Shown: positions 11,221-20,448 of the stretch, in pieces
How the letters are laid out: every line of letters begins with the position of its first letter
How positions within the stretch are numbered: the first letter of the stretch is position 1
Assembly: GCA_036339465.1 (NCBI GenBank)
Contig: JAYZAY010000066.1
Location: forward strand, 1 to 52,610
DNA: 52,610 bases
Reading direction: 5' to 3'
From: Myxococcota bacterium
GTDB lineage: Bacteria; Myxococcota; XYA12-FULL-58-9; JABJBS01
The notes under the pieces: generated by a model
The model's database searches: none
What the model was told of the DNA's origin: nothing
Seen by the model: the letters and a program-made list of their open reading frames with translations, nothing else
Translations under genes and position numbers: made by a program

Positions 11221-12688
11221 ACACTTCCTCCAATGCTCTAAGTATCTCTCGAGCACAAACGCGGTCATCAAAATAAGTAACCTCCTTACCAATAATCTGG
11301 TAATCCTCATGTCCCTTACCAGCGATGACAACACAACCGTCCTGGTCTGTTTCGCAAATTGCTTTCTCAATCGCCTTTCTACGATCCAATTCAATATGGA
11401 ATTCCATCTTTCCTTTATCGTTCTTCATACCTGCCACGATGGCGTCCACAATAGCATCGGGCCTTTCACTTCGAGGATTGTCACTTGTGACAATAACAAA
11501 GTCTGAAAGACGGGTAGAGATAGCGCCCATGACGGGTCGCTTCTCAACATCTCGGTCACCACCGCACCCAAAAACACAAACCAACTTACCTTTCGTAATC
11601 TCGCGAGCTGCCTCTAAGAGATTTTCTAATGCATCAGGAGTATGTGCATAATCCACGATAACCAATGGATGACCAGTGAGGTTGATTTGTTCAAACCTTC
11701 CGGCAACGGGGTCAGCCATCATTAAACCCTCGGCTATAGCATCCACCTCTAATGAAAGGGCGTAGGAAACAGCTGCTGAAGCAACAGCATTTTCCACATT
11801 GAAGCGCCCCACAAGTGGCATAGAAACAGGACACATAGTGCCACCTAAGCGGAGCTTTAAAATTGTTTTTCCTCGTTCATACGTAACCAACTCCAAAGCT
11901 ACATCTGCTTTGGCATTCGGCTCAAAAGAATAGGTGAGAATGTTGGAGGTGCCAATTTTCTGTCTCCAATCGACGTTTAAAGGAATTACTGCAACCCCAT
12001 CATCCTTAAGGCATTCTGAAAAAAGAATATTCTTCGCATCGAAATATGCACCCATATCACCATGATAGTCCAGATGCTCGGGCGTCAGATTCGTAAACAG
12101 CCCACAATCGAAAGAAACTGAATGCACCCGGCTCTGCTCAAGAGCATGAGAACTCGCTTCAATGACGATGGCACCTGCACCCCGCCCAATCATATCCACA
12201 TACAACTCAGCCAACGTCACAGCATCGGGTGTTGTATAGCCTGTCTTTGTACTCCAATCCCCTAGTTGAGCCCCAAGAGTCCCAATCAATCCAGTCTTTA
12301 TACCCGATCTCTCAAGCTGCGAACCAATTAGGTGAGCACAAGTGGTTTTCCCATTGGTCCCTGTCACAGCAATCGAGCGAACTTTCTCAGCTGGGTTTTC
12401 GAAAAATTTCATCGCCACTGCAGCAAGACTCTTTCTGGTATTTTTCACAACCAATTGTGAAATACTCAGATCTGGAACTTCGTGATCCGTAATGATTGCT
12501 ACTGCTCCCTTCTCTATGGCATCTGAAATGAACCTTTCACCAGCATAATGCCCTCCCGAAACTGCAGCAAAAAGATAACCTGGCTCGACCTGACGAGAAT
12601 CAGCCGTCAATCCATTAATTTGGACATCCTCACCCATAAGTTGGCGCTCAATGTGAGCACTTAGTTCAACTAAACTCATGGCCCTCAT
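11219..12688 (-). CDS. murE: UDP-MurNAc-dipeptide--meso-diaminopimelate ligase
   Basis: VTGTNGKTT, EASSH, VDYAHTPD, GCGGDRD, the DNPR motif associated with mDAP specificity, AGKGHE. Confidence 0.97.
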   Translation of the reverse strand: MRAMSLVELSAHIERQLMGEDVQINGLTADSRQVEPGYLFAAVSGGHYAGERFISDAIEKGAVAIITDHEVPDLSISQLVVKNTRKSLAAVAMKFFENPAEKVRSIAVTGTNGKTTCAHLIGSQLERSGIKTGLIGTLGAQLGDWSTKTGYTTPDAVTLAELYVDMIGRGAGAIVIEASSHALEQSRVHSVSFDCGLFTNLTPEHLDYHGDMGAYFDAKNILFSECLKDDGVAVIPLNVDWRQKIGTSNILTYSFEPNAKADVALELVTYERGKTILKLRLGGTMCPVSMPLVGRFNVENAVASAAVSYALSLEVDAIAEGLMMADPVAGRFEQINLTGHPLVIVDYAHTPDALENLLEAAREITKGKLVCVFGCGGDRDVEKRPVMGAISTRLSDFVIVTSDNPRSERPDAIVDAIVAGMKNDKGKMEFHIELDRRKAIEKAICETDQDGCVVIAGKGHEDYQIIGKEVTYFDDRVCAREILRALEEV

Positions 12689-14682
12689 TCGCCTTGCCTC
12701 AATCGAAGACTTAACTTCTTAACACGGCCTAAAGACACGCCCGGCTTTGGGCTTTGCTCATAAACCAAGCCAGTTCCTTCGATATGGATGTCGATATCCG
12801 TACTCAATCGACTCAGAACAATCAATGATTCCCGCGCAGTCTTCCCATAAAGGGATGGCATTCCTGTATTTCGGTCCAATCCATCTCTGGAGTCTTTTGG
12901 TACATCACCCTCCTGCGACGATGTCTTTAAACGTTGCAAAGCACTTTGGACAACCAATTCTCGCGACGGACGAAAAGGGTGACTGGCAACCAAATTTTCC
13001 CTCTTATCATGCTCTAAAGCAAAACTCATAATTCGGGAAAAAACAGGCCCTGCAACGGAGCCGCCATAATACTGGTCACGGGGCTCATCCACCATCACAA
13101 CCGCGACAAAACGAGGTGCATCAGCAGGAGCAAAACCAGCAAAGCTGGCAATGTAATCTGTGCTTGAATAACCCTTACCATCATCCCGTAGCTTCTTAGT
13201 CGTGCCGGTCTTACCCGCAACCCGAATCCCATCTATTGCAGCTTCAAGTCCCGTCCCTCCAGGCTTCACGACGCTTTCCATCATTCGATTCACCACGGAT
13301 GCTATTTCAGAAGAAAAAACCCGTTTCTCCGATCTGTTCACTCTGGGATTAGTTTTCCCGGATGGTAACTCCACCCTCTTGAGAAGGGTCGGTTTTTGAT
13401 AAAGTCCTCCCGATGCAATCGTTCTATAGGCCGCTGCTAACTGCAGAAGTGAAACCGATACGCCATGTCCGTAGGAAATCGTAGCGACTTTTGCCGTGGA
13501 CCACTTTCCCTTCCCATTAAGTAGGCCCCGTGTCTCAGAAGGCAATTCAATGCCGGTTTTACGACCAAAACCAATAGAATCGAAAAGATTGTAGAGGTTT
13601 TCTTGCCCTAATCGCTCACCAATTTTCGCCGTACAGATATTGGAGGATTTCTGGATAATCGCTTCAATATTTAACCAATCATAGGGCTTGGTATCATGGA
13701 TCGTATATTTCCCAATCTTCATTTGTCCTTTCTCACAAAAGATTTCGGTATTGGGTTGAATATTGCCAAGCTCCAACGCTTGCGCAATCACAAATGGCTT
13801 CACCGTTGAACCGGGTTCAAAAGCATCAGTCACAGCTCGATTTCTTCGGTGGTCTGCTTTCGCTAATCTTCCGTTATTGGGATTAAATGTAGGATAGATA
13901 CCCATGGCCAAAACTTCTGAGGTTTCTACATCTAGAAGAATCGCCGACGCCGAAAGTGCACGGTGCTTCTTAACGACCTCCTTGAGACTCTCTTCAACTT
14001 CATTTTGTATTTGGGTGTCTAAGGTCAAATAAACTCGATTGCCCAACGAAAGTTCATGAGGGTCTAACTGCTCAGTTAGAACCGAGCTTCCACCTCCATC
14101 GCGCATCGCTCGTATCTTTAATCTCTTTCCACCAAGTTCATCTTCAAAGGCAAGCTCAATTCCTTCAAGGCCCTTACCATCAATATTGGTATATCCAAGG
14201 ATATGAGCCGCCAGTGTTTTTGCGACATAATAGCGTCTAGGCTCATAGGTAACGCCAAGGCCTCTATGTCCTATATTAAGAATTTCGCTCGCGCTGCCCC
14301 CTGAAACATGCCTCTTTAGCCACACAAATTGAGTGTTCGCACGACTTAGCTTATGATAAATGGACTCCGCAGACTCTTCAAGAATAGATGCTAAAGCACC
14401 GGCATGTGGCCGTGGATCGTCAATTAGACTTGGGTCAGCATAGATGGACGGAACAACCGTGGACTTAGCAAGGTATTCACCATTACGATCGAGAATATCT
14501 CCCCTTTTTGCTGGTATGGATATAATTTTTGTTGCCTGGCGCTGGCTTCGCTCTTGATGTTGCGTGTGTTCATCAATTTGTAATTGGTAAAGTCTAAAAA
14601 CGAGAAGACCTGAAAAAGCGATGCACCCAATTGCTAAGGCGAGAATACGTTCCTTAAACTGGTCCCCTGATTTCTTGTTCAT
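12685..14682 (-). CDS. ftsI: Class B penicillin-binding protein FtsI (PBP3) with C-terminal PASTA-like domain
   Basis: RGDILDRNG; SxxK (STVK), SxN (SSN) and KTG motifs; C-terminal VYEQSPKPG. Start moved to ATG 14682, just after the ftsL stop. Confidence 0.94.
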   Translation of the reverse strand: MNKKSGDQFKERILALAIGCIAFSGLLVFRLYQLQIDEHTQHQERSQRQATKIISIPAKRGDILDRNGEYLAKSTVVPSIYADPSLIDDPRPHAGALASILEESAESIYHKLSRANTQFVWLKRHVSGGSASEILNIGHRGLGVTYEPRRYYVAKTLAAHILGYTNIDGKGLEGIELAFEDELGGKRLKIRAMRDGGGSSVLTEQLDPHELSLGNRVYLTLDTQIQNEVEESLKEVVKKHRALSASAILLDVETSEVLAMGIYPTFNPNNGRLAKADHRRNRAVTDAFEPGSTVKPFVIAQALELGNIQPNTEIFCEKGQMKIGKYTIHDTKPYDWLNIEAIIQKSSNICTAKIGERLGQENLYNLFDSIGFGRKTGIELPSETRGLLNGKGKWSTAKVATISYGHGVSVSLLQLAAAYRTIASGGLYQKPTLLKRVELPSGKTNPRVNRSEKRVFSSEIASVVNRMMESVVKPGGTGLEAAIDGIRVAGKTGTTKKLRDDGKGYSSTDYIASFAGFAPADAPRFVAVVMVDEPRDQYYGGSVAGPVFSRIMSFALEHDKRENLVASHPFRPSRELVVQSALQRLKTSSQEGDVPKDSRDGLDRNTGMPSLYGKTARESLIVLSRLSTDIDIHIEGTGLVYEQSPKPGVSLGRVKKLSLRLRQGE

Positions 14683-14683
14683 G

Positions 14684-14968
14684 TCACTGGGCCTCAATCG
14701 AACCGACAACCACTGAAGTCGCTGGCTGCATTTCGAAATGTTTTGCCAGTCCCTTGAGTACGCTCGCTTCTTGAATCGTATGCAACTCCAATTCAAGGTT
14801 CGTTCTTAGTCGCTCGACCTTCCGAGTCCGTTTCTCCAAATCAGAAAGCTGAAGACCCAGCATGACATTTTCTTGAAACACAAAAATCCTTAGAATCCCG
14901 GCAATAAATGGAATGAGCATCCACAAGAGCCACTTATAATGACCTAGTTTTTCACGCATTGCGCCCAC
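14684..14968 (-). CDS. ftsL: Cell division protein FtsL-like (TM + coiled coil)
   Basis: 94 aa, one TM helix followed by Leu heptads and a LAKHFEMQP-type ending; directly upstream of ftsI. Confidence 0.7.
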   Translation of the reverse strand: MGAMREKLGHYKWLLWMLIPFIAGILRIFVFQENVMLGLQLSDLEKRTRKVERLRTNLELELHTIQEASVLKGLAKHFEMQPATSVVVGSIEAQ

Positions 14969-15007
14969 TGCCGTCCGCTCCCGAGAATTATTTTCGCCCT
15001 GTCATCT

Positions 15008-15472
15008 TCAAAGTCCCAACTCCGTTAAGACTTTACTAATGTTTTCAGGTTGAGCTCGAGATGATTCCATTTCCTCAAGCCATCGCTCTTTCGCCCAAAG
15101 TTCCACCACATTTCCCATACCTGCCCAAACCACGTCACGCTGAATTCCTGCGTACTCCCGTAACATCGGTGGAAGCACAACTCTTCCATGCCGGTCCAAA
15201 CTCGCATCCGTCGCCCCCGCCACATAAATTCGACGTACCCTCTGCACTGCCCCATTGAACTGGGAGAGCTCAGACAATTTAGCCTCCAAAGCGTTCCAAC
15301 CATGAATCGAGTAGAGTACCAAGCACTTCTCCATCCCCATGGTTAAAACAAATTGACAGTCATCATCGATACCCACTTCGCGGTTCTTCATCATCAAGAC
15401 ATCGCGAAACCGCGCAGGGAGGCTAGTTCGCCCCTTGCTATCCACGCTGTGCTCATACAAACCACGAAACAT
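15008..15472 (-). CDS. mraZ: Division/cell wall cluster transcriptional repressor MraZ
   Basis: MFRG.YEHSVDSKGR and DRHGRVVLP (two DxxGR repeats); first gene of the dcw cluster. Confidence 0.97.
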   Translation of the reverse strand: MFRGLYEHSVDSKGRTSLPARFRDVLMMKNREVGIDDDCQFVLTMGMEKCLVLYSIHGWNALEAKLSELSQFNGAVQRVRRIYVAGATDASLDRHGRVVLPPMLREYAGIQRDVVWAGMGNVVELWAKERWLEEMESSRAQPENISKVLTELGL

Positions 15473-15500
15473 CTAAAGTCACTCGAAACTGGGATTTTGT

Positions 15501-15545
15501 GCCACGTATTGCCTAATTGATCCAAAAATTACCACAATACCCCAC
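15501..15545 (-). promoter_or_regulatory. MraZ-binding direct-repeat array
   Basis: Minus strand GTGGG-N5-GTGGT-N5-TTGGA-N5-TAGGC-N5-GTGGC, exact 10-bp period, ending 28 bp before the mraZ ATG. Confidence 0.75.
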
Positions 15546-15698
15546 TTATTGCGAACCAAAAGATTTGCCGGATGAAATATTTGTGGTGGAATTTCGATAG
15601 TTTTGGGATCCGAGTGATCTGCAAACAACCATGTTTCAGAAACGTGAAAATTCGTTTTTTTGCCCGCTTTTCCTAAAAGTGCTCTAAGACCTCTGCAC

Positions 15699-16337
15699 AT
15701 GAAAAGTTCACTAATTTCAGGAATTCTGACGGTCGCCTTTGTTCTCGGGAGTGCTATCGTCCTTATTAATCTATCGATCCAGAGGTTTTGCCACGGCAAT
15801 CCCCACGCGCTGTCTGCACGTCATCTTCCGGAAAAAGTATACGCTTTATCAAGACTTAGCCTTCACAGTGTGCTTAGACCACTTGAAGAGCATGAAAAAC
15901 TGGACATCCAAAACCTAGTCAAGGACCGGGCGAATCAATTGGGTGTCCCCACCAAATTGGCCGTGAAAATCGCACAAATTGAATCGGGCTTCAGGTCTAA
16001 AGTCATCAGTTCCACCGGAGCGATGGGCGTGATGCAGCTTATGCCCAAAACCGCCGCGCAATATAAAGTGGGAGACCCATTCAATCCCATAGAAAATATC
16101 GATGGCGGGCTCAGATATTTAAGGTATTTACTCAGACGATACCAAGGCGATTGGGTCCGTGCCGCTGCTGCTTATAATGCAGGTCCTGGACGCGTACGAA
16201 AACATGGCCGCTTAACCGGGCTACCAAAAGAAACACAGAAATACATCCGGCACATCAAAAAGATAGCACAATCCCAACCCCAAAGACGCGAAACCAGCAA
16301 AAAGGCACATCGAACGCATCGCCCCTCACACGAATAA
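15699..16337 (+). CDS. SLT-domain lytic transglycosylase with N-terminal membrane anchor
   Basis: IES (catalytic Glu), GAMGVMQLMP, AAYNAG; hydrophobic N-terminus. ATG 15699 preferred over TTG 15660. Confidence 0.9.
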   Translation: MKSSLISGILTVAFVLGSAIVLINLSIQRFCHGNPHALSARHLPEKVYALSRLSLHSVLRPLEEHEKLDIQNLVKDRANQLGVPTKLAVKIAQIESGFRSKVISSTGAMGVMQLMPKTAAQYKVGDPFNPIENIDGGLRYLRYLLRRYQGDWVRAAAAYNAGPGRVRKHGRLTGLPKETQKYIRHIKKIAQSQPQRRETSKKAHRTHRPSHE

Positions 16338-16433
16338 AAGCACCAATAGAACCGGCCCACCACTCAGATCAGAGAAACAAAAACCTGGGCAAAAGAAGCG
16401 CACTAAATCATGTTTGAATCGTCCTGAATCAGC

Positions 16434-19328
16434 CTAGACAGAGAGTTGCTTATCTACCTGTTGGGCAACGCCTGTCTTTTTCGTCGCTGCTGTCTTTTTC
16501 GTCGCTGCTATCTTCTTCGTCACTGCTGTCTTCTTCGTCACTGCTGTCTTTTTCGTCGCTGCTGTCTTTTTCGTCGCTGCTGTCTTCTTCGTCGCTGCTG
16601 TCTTCTTCGTCGCTGTCTTTTTCTTCCCTACCTCTGCGCCGCGTGGGTCCTTGCCTTCGGCTTTCATCCTATCTTCACGAACCGCAATCAGCTCCAATGC
16701 ATCATCATAAGTAATCGTCTTGGGATCACGTGCAGTTGGGATCGTTGCATTCACCTGCCCGTCGGTTACATAGGGGCCGAACCGACCCGTCTTAACCTGA
16801 ATGGTGTTCCCATTAACAGGGCTCGCCCCCAATTCGGCAATGGGCCCTTGCGCTCCGCGACTACGTCGCTTCAGCGGCTCCTTCAATAAGGCCTGGGCTT
16901 CATCCAAAGTTATTGTCAGTAGTTTTTCGTGACCTTCAAGGGGACGCGACTCCCTCTTACCCCCATCTTTTTCCATGGACACATAAGGCCCATAGGGACC
17001 ATCCTGAACAACAATGTCCTTAGCGGTCTCGGGATGCGCCCCTAAAACCTTTGGAAATGTCAAAAGAAGCTGGGCTTCCTCCAAACTCAAAGTTTCCGCA
17101 GACATCGTTGGCCACAAACTCGCCATTTGTGGCTTTGCACTCCCCTTCTTGATGTTCCCCTTCTTATCGACCTCGGGTTCACCCAATTGCACATACGGAC
17201 CATATCGTCCCGATTTCAGGTAAACCATTTTATCGGTCTTTGAACACGTCCCTAATTCTCGATTGGCATGAGCTGCTTGCAAAAGAAGTTCCTCGGCACG
17301 CTCAATATCTAAATCATCCAGAGTGATTTCTGTTGGTAAATATGCTCGCCGATTTGTGTCCCCTACCTGAATATAAGGTCCATACCGCCCAACTCGAGCC
17401 GCTATTTCAATACCTTCGCTGCCGACCCCCAAAGATAGAGTAGAAATTGCCCGAGCATCAATTGCCGCAGCACCCAATGATAGCTTACGCTTGAGTCCCA
17501 CTTCATCGACCGGTGCAGCGACGTCAATTTCTGCATCTTCGTTCGCTCCACGACGACCAAAATAAAATTCCCGTAACCAGGGCCGGGAATCCTTGGCGCC
17601 ACTGGATATGGTATCGAGATCATCCTCCATTTTCGCCGTAAACTGATAATCGACCAACCGTCCAAAATATCGTTCCAGAAGCTGTACCACCGCAAAGGCC
17701 GTGAGCGTAGGTACTAACGCCCCACCCTTTTTCCAAACATAGCCGCGATCCTGGACGGTTTGAATAATCGTCGCATAAGTAGAAGGGCGCCCAATCCCCT
17801 TTTCTTCCAAGCCCTTCACCAAACTGGCTTCGGTAAAACGCGCCGGTGGTTTGGTCTGATGATCAGTGGCTTCGGTTTCCTTCACTTTCGCACGCTGGCC
17901 AACCTCAACCGCAGGTAATAGTTTCTGTTCTTCCTCGTCTGTTTTCTGCACCCGGTAAACCTTCAAAAAACCGGGAAACTCAAGCACCGAGCCGGTGGCT
18001 GTGAAAGTGGCCACAGCTTCCTGACCGGCCTTTTGGGGATGCTCCACATTCAGCGCGAAACGAACTTGCGTTCGTTGGCCACGGGCATCGTGCATTTGAG
18101 ATGCCAGCGTACGACGCCAAATCAATTCGTAAAGTTTGAGAGCCTCATCATCCAACTCACTTTTTAATTGCTCCGGCGTTCGAAAGACTTCACCTGCTGG
18201 GCGAATCGCCTCGTGAGCTTCTTGAGCCCCTTTTACTTTTTTACGATAAATTCGCGCCTCTTTGGGCAGATAGTCAGCTCCAAACATCTCATTGATCTGG
18301 CCACGAGCTGCGTTAATCGCCTGTTCCGATAGATTTGTCGAATCAGTTCGCATGTACGTAATATAACCATTTTCATAGAGACGTTGGGCAACACGCATGG
18401 CCCGACGAGCCGTAAAACCGAGCTTACGCCCCGCGTCTTGCTGTAGCGTGGAAGTAATGTAGGGAGGCAACGGCCGTTGGGTATAGGGTTTCTGATTAAC
18501 ATCGCTAACCTTACCCTCTTGGTTTGTAACCGCACTCTTAAGCGCAGACGCTAGCTTCTCCGTTAGATGAATCGTGTCATTTTCTTGGGCCTGTTGCGTC
18601 ATCGCTCCAGTATCCGGAGAAAAATCTTTGGATAGAGCAATTCGTTGTCCGTCCACATCAAGGAGGGTACCTACGATCTGCTCATCCGCTTGGACATCAA
18701 AATGGGAGGTCAGAGACCAATATTGGGCATTTCTAAAAGCACGCCGTTCTCTCTCACGCTCAACCACCAGGCGAGTTGCCACAGACTGCACCCGACCGGC
18801 ACTTAAACGGGGACGAATCTTAATCCACAAAAGGGGTGAAACCTCATATCCGTAAAGACGGTCGAGAATTCTTCGAGCTTCTTGGGCCTGTACCAACCGC
18901 ATATCAATTTCACGAGGATGCTCCAATGCACTCTTGATCGCTGTCTCGGTAATTTCATGAAAAACCATCCGAAAAACCGGCACCTTGGGCTTCAAAACCT
19001 CAACGAGATGCCACGCAATGGCTTCCCCCTCTCGATCCTCATCCGTCGCGAGGTAGAGTGTGTCCACTTCTTGCAAGAGCTCCTTCAGGCGCTTGACCTG
19101 AGGCTTTTTGGTGGTCGGCACGATATACAGAGGCTCGAAATCCTCATCCACATTTACCCCGATCCGAGACCACGATTTTTTCCGATGGGCGGCAGGAATC
19201 TCGGCTGCTTTTGAAGGTAAATCTCTAATATGACCAATGGAGGATTCAACCGTATAATCCTTCCCTAGATACTTAGAAATCGTTCTGGCTTTAGCTGGTG
19301 ACTCGACGACAATTAATGCTCTTCCCAC
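16434..19328 (-). CDS. topA: DNA topoisomerase I (type IA) with Topo-C-terminal repeats and Lys-rich tail
   Basis: VVESPAKARTI, ATDEDREGE, SAGRVQS, ITYMRTDS, GIGRPSTY; four G(R/P)(Y/F)GPY repeats. Confidence 0.97.
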   Translation of the reverse strand: MGRALIVVESPAKARTISKYLGKDYTVESSIGHIRDLPSKAAEIPAAHRKKSWSRIGVNVDEDFEPLYIVPTTKKPQVKRLKELLQEVDTLYLATDEDREGEAIAWHLVEVLKPKVPVFRMVFHEITETAIKSALEHPREIDMRLVQAQEARRILDRLYGYEVSPLLWIKIRPRLSAGRVQSVATRLVVERERERRAFRNAQYWSLTSHFDVQADEQIVGTLLDVDGQRIALSKDFSPDTGAMTQQAQENDTIHLTEKLASALKSAVTNQEGKVSDVNQKPYTQRPLPPYITSTLQQDAGRKLGFTARRAMRVAQRLYENGYITYMRTDSTNLSEQAINAARGQINEMFGADYLPKEARIYRKKVKGAQEAHEAIRPAGEVFRTPEQLKSELDDEALKLYELIWRRTLASQMHDARGQRTQVRFALNVEHPQKAGQEAVATFTATGSVLEFPGFLKVYRVQKTDEEEQKLLPAVEVGQRAKVKETEATDHQTKPPARFTEASLVKGLEEKGIGRPSTYATIIQTVQDRGYVWKKGGALVPTLTAFAVVQLLERYFGRLVDYQFTAKMEDDLDTISSGAKDSRPWLREFYFGRRGANEDAEIDVAAPVDEVGLKRKLSLGAAAIDARAISTLSLGVGSEGIEIAARVGRYGPYIQVGDTNRRAYLPTEITLDDLDIERAEELLLQAAHANRELGTCSKTDKMVYLKSGRYGPYVQLGEPEVDKKGNIKKGSAKPQMASLWPTMSAETLSLEEAQLLLTFPKVLGAHPETAKDIVVQDGPYGPYVSMEKDGGKRESRPLEGHEKLLTITLDEAQALLKEPLKRRSRGAQGPIAELGASPVNGNTIQVKTGRFGPYVTDGQVNATIPTARDPKTITYDDALELIAVREDRMKAEGKDPRGAEVGKKKTATKKTAATKKTAATKKTAATKKTAVTKKTAVTKKIAATKKTAATKKTGVAQQVDKQLSV
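16473..16625 (-). repeat. 18-bp coding tandem repeat (about 7.5-8 units) encoding (A-A/V-T-K-K-T/I)n
   Basis: Plus-strand unit tgtctt(t/c)ttcgtc(g/a)ctgc repeated from 16473. Confidence 0.95.
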
Positions 19329-19611
19329 AATATCTCCCTCAAGTTTGCTCGATAATCTGGAGTGAAACTGAGTTAGGTTTGCCTAAATGATCAAACTATG
19401 GGTACCCCCTAACCATCCTCTGAACCAAGACTCAAGCCTAGAACACACTTAATTGCAAACCAAAGGCACCCTAACCCCCTAAATCACACCGGGGGACACC
19501 ACACAATTCCACAACAAAATTGAACACTTAACGTCGGACACAACACCACTGAATAAATTTTTCGCATTCCTGCTGGAACCGTTGGCTTTATTAGGCTAGC
19601 GATGTCCTAGC

Positions 19612-20448
19612 ATGAGTCTGCGGCATCAATCTCTTCAGCTTGAAGACCACTTTAGGCGAACTAGCTCTCACCAGGACCGTCGGAGCAACAATTCGCCCAA
19701 ATGCGTAGGTATAATATCTCGCCTGCGCTACTTTCTTTGGCTCGCACTTCTCGGAGTCGTCCCTTCCCTAGCCAACGCAGATGATTTCGACGTCCAATTG
19801 GAATTTCTGAATTACCCCACCGATGCCAACAGCATCCAAAAAAGCGGCTGGGAACGACTCGCCTGGGAAATACGGAGACGAACCAGTATCGAAACCGCTC
19901 TTACGCCCATGACACTCAGTCCCGAGCTGCGAGAGCTCTATCAATACCCATTCGTTATCTGGGCAGGCCAAGAAGGTTTCAACGATATTCCTCCTCAGTG
20001 GCACCGACGACTCAAAACCTACCTTCTCCAGGGAGGAATGATTTTCATTGATGGAACATACCAGGGAGAGGCAGCCAAATTTGTCGAATCGGCGCGGCGC
20101 TCCCTACAAAAACTGATTCCCACAACCACCTGGAAACGCGTTTCACGCCAACACGTTCTCTACAAAAGTTTTTATCTCGTGGATACCCACGGCGGACGCA
20201 TTCAAGGAAAACCTTACGTTGACGGTCTCTTCATCGACAACAGAATTGCAGCTCTCTTATACTATAATGACCTCTCCGGAGCACTTGCCCGTGATGCTTA
20301 TGGGACTTGGCTAAGGGAGGTCGATGGTTCGGACAACCGACGAGAAATGGCCGTGCGATTCGGTATCAATACCCTGATGTATGCGCTCTGCTCAGACTAC
20401 AAGGAAGACCAGGTTCATATACCTTTCATTCTCAAGAGGCGCCAGTGA
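19612..20448 (+). CDS. DUF4159-like protein (possibly exported; true start may be downstream)
   Basis: LYQYPF, YLLQGGMIFID, HVLYKSFY, NDLSGA, FGINTLMYALCSDYKEDQVH resemble the DUF4159 family. Confidence 0.75.
   Translation: MSLRHQSLQLEDHFRRTSSHQDRRSNNSPKCVGIISRLRYFLWLALLGVVPSLANADDFDVQLEFLNYPTDANSIQKSGWERLAWEIRRRTSIETALTPMTLSPELRELYQYPFVIWAGQEGFNDIPPQWHRRLKTYLLQGGMIFIDGTYQGEAAKFVESARRSLQKLIPTTTWKRVSRQHVLYKSFYLVDTHGGRIQGKPYVDGLFIDNRIAALLYYNDLSGALARDAYGTWLREVDGSDNRREMAVRFGINTLMYALCSDYKEDQVHIPFILKRRQ

Noticed and set aside
15479..15799. 106-aa minus-strand ORF upstream of mraZ
   Set aside because: Overlaps the MraZ boxes and the transglycosylase start; no recognisable features.
16473..16625. 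Repeat array as a possible CRISPR
   Set aside because: Contiguous 18-bp units without spacers, in frame in topA, and no cas genes nearby.
16446..16889. Cys/Arg-rich repetitive ORF (CCLFRR)n on the plus strand
   Set aside because: Antisense shadow of the topA 18-bp repeat, not a credible metallothionein or RiPP precursor.
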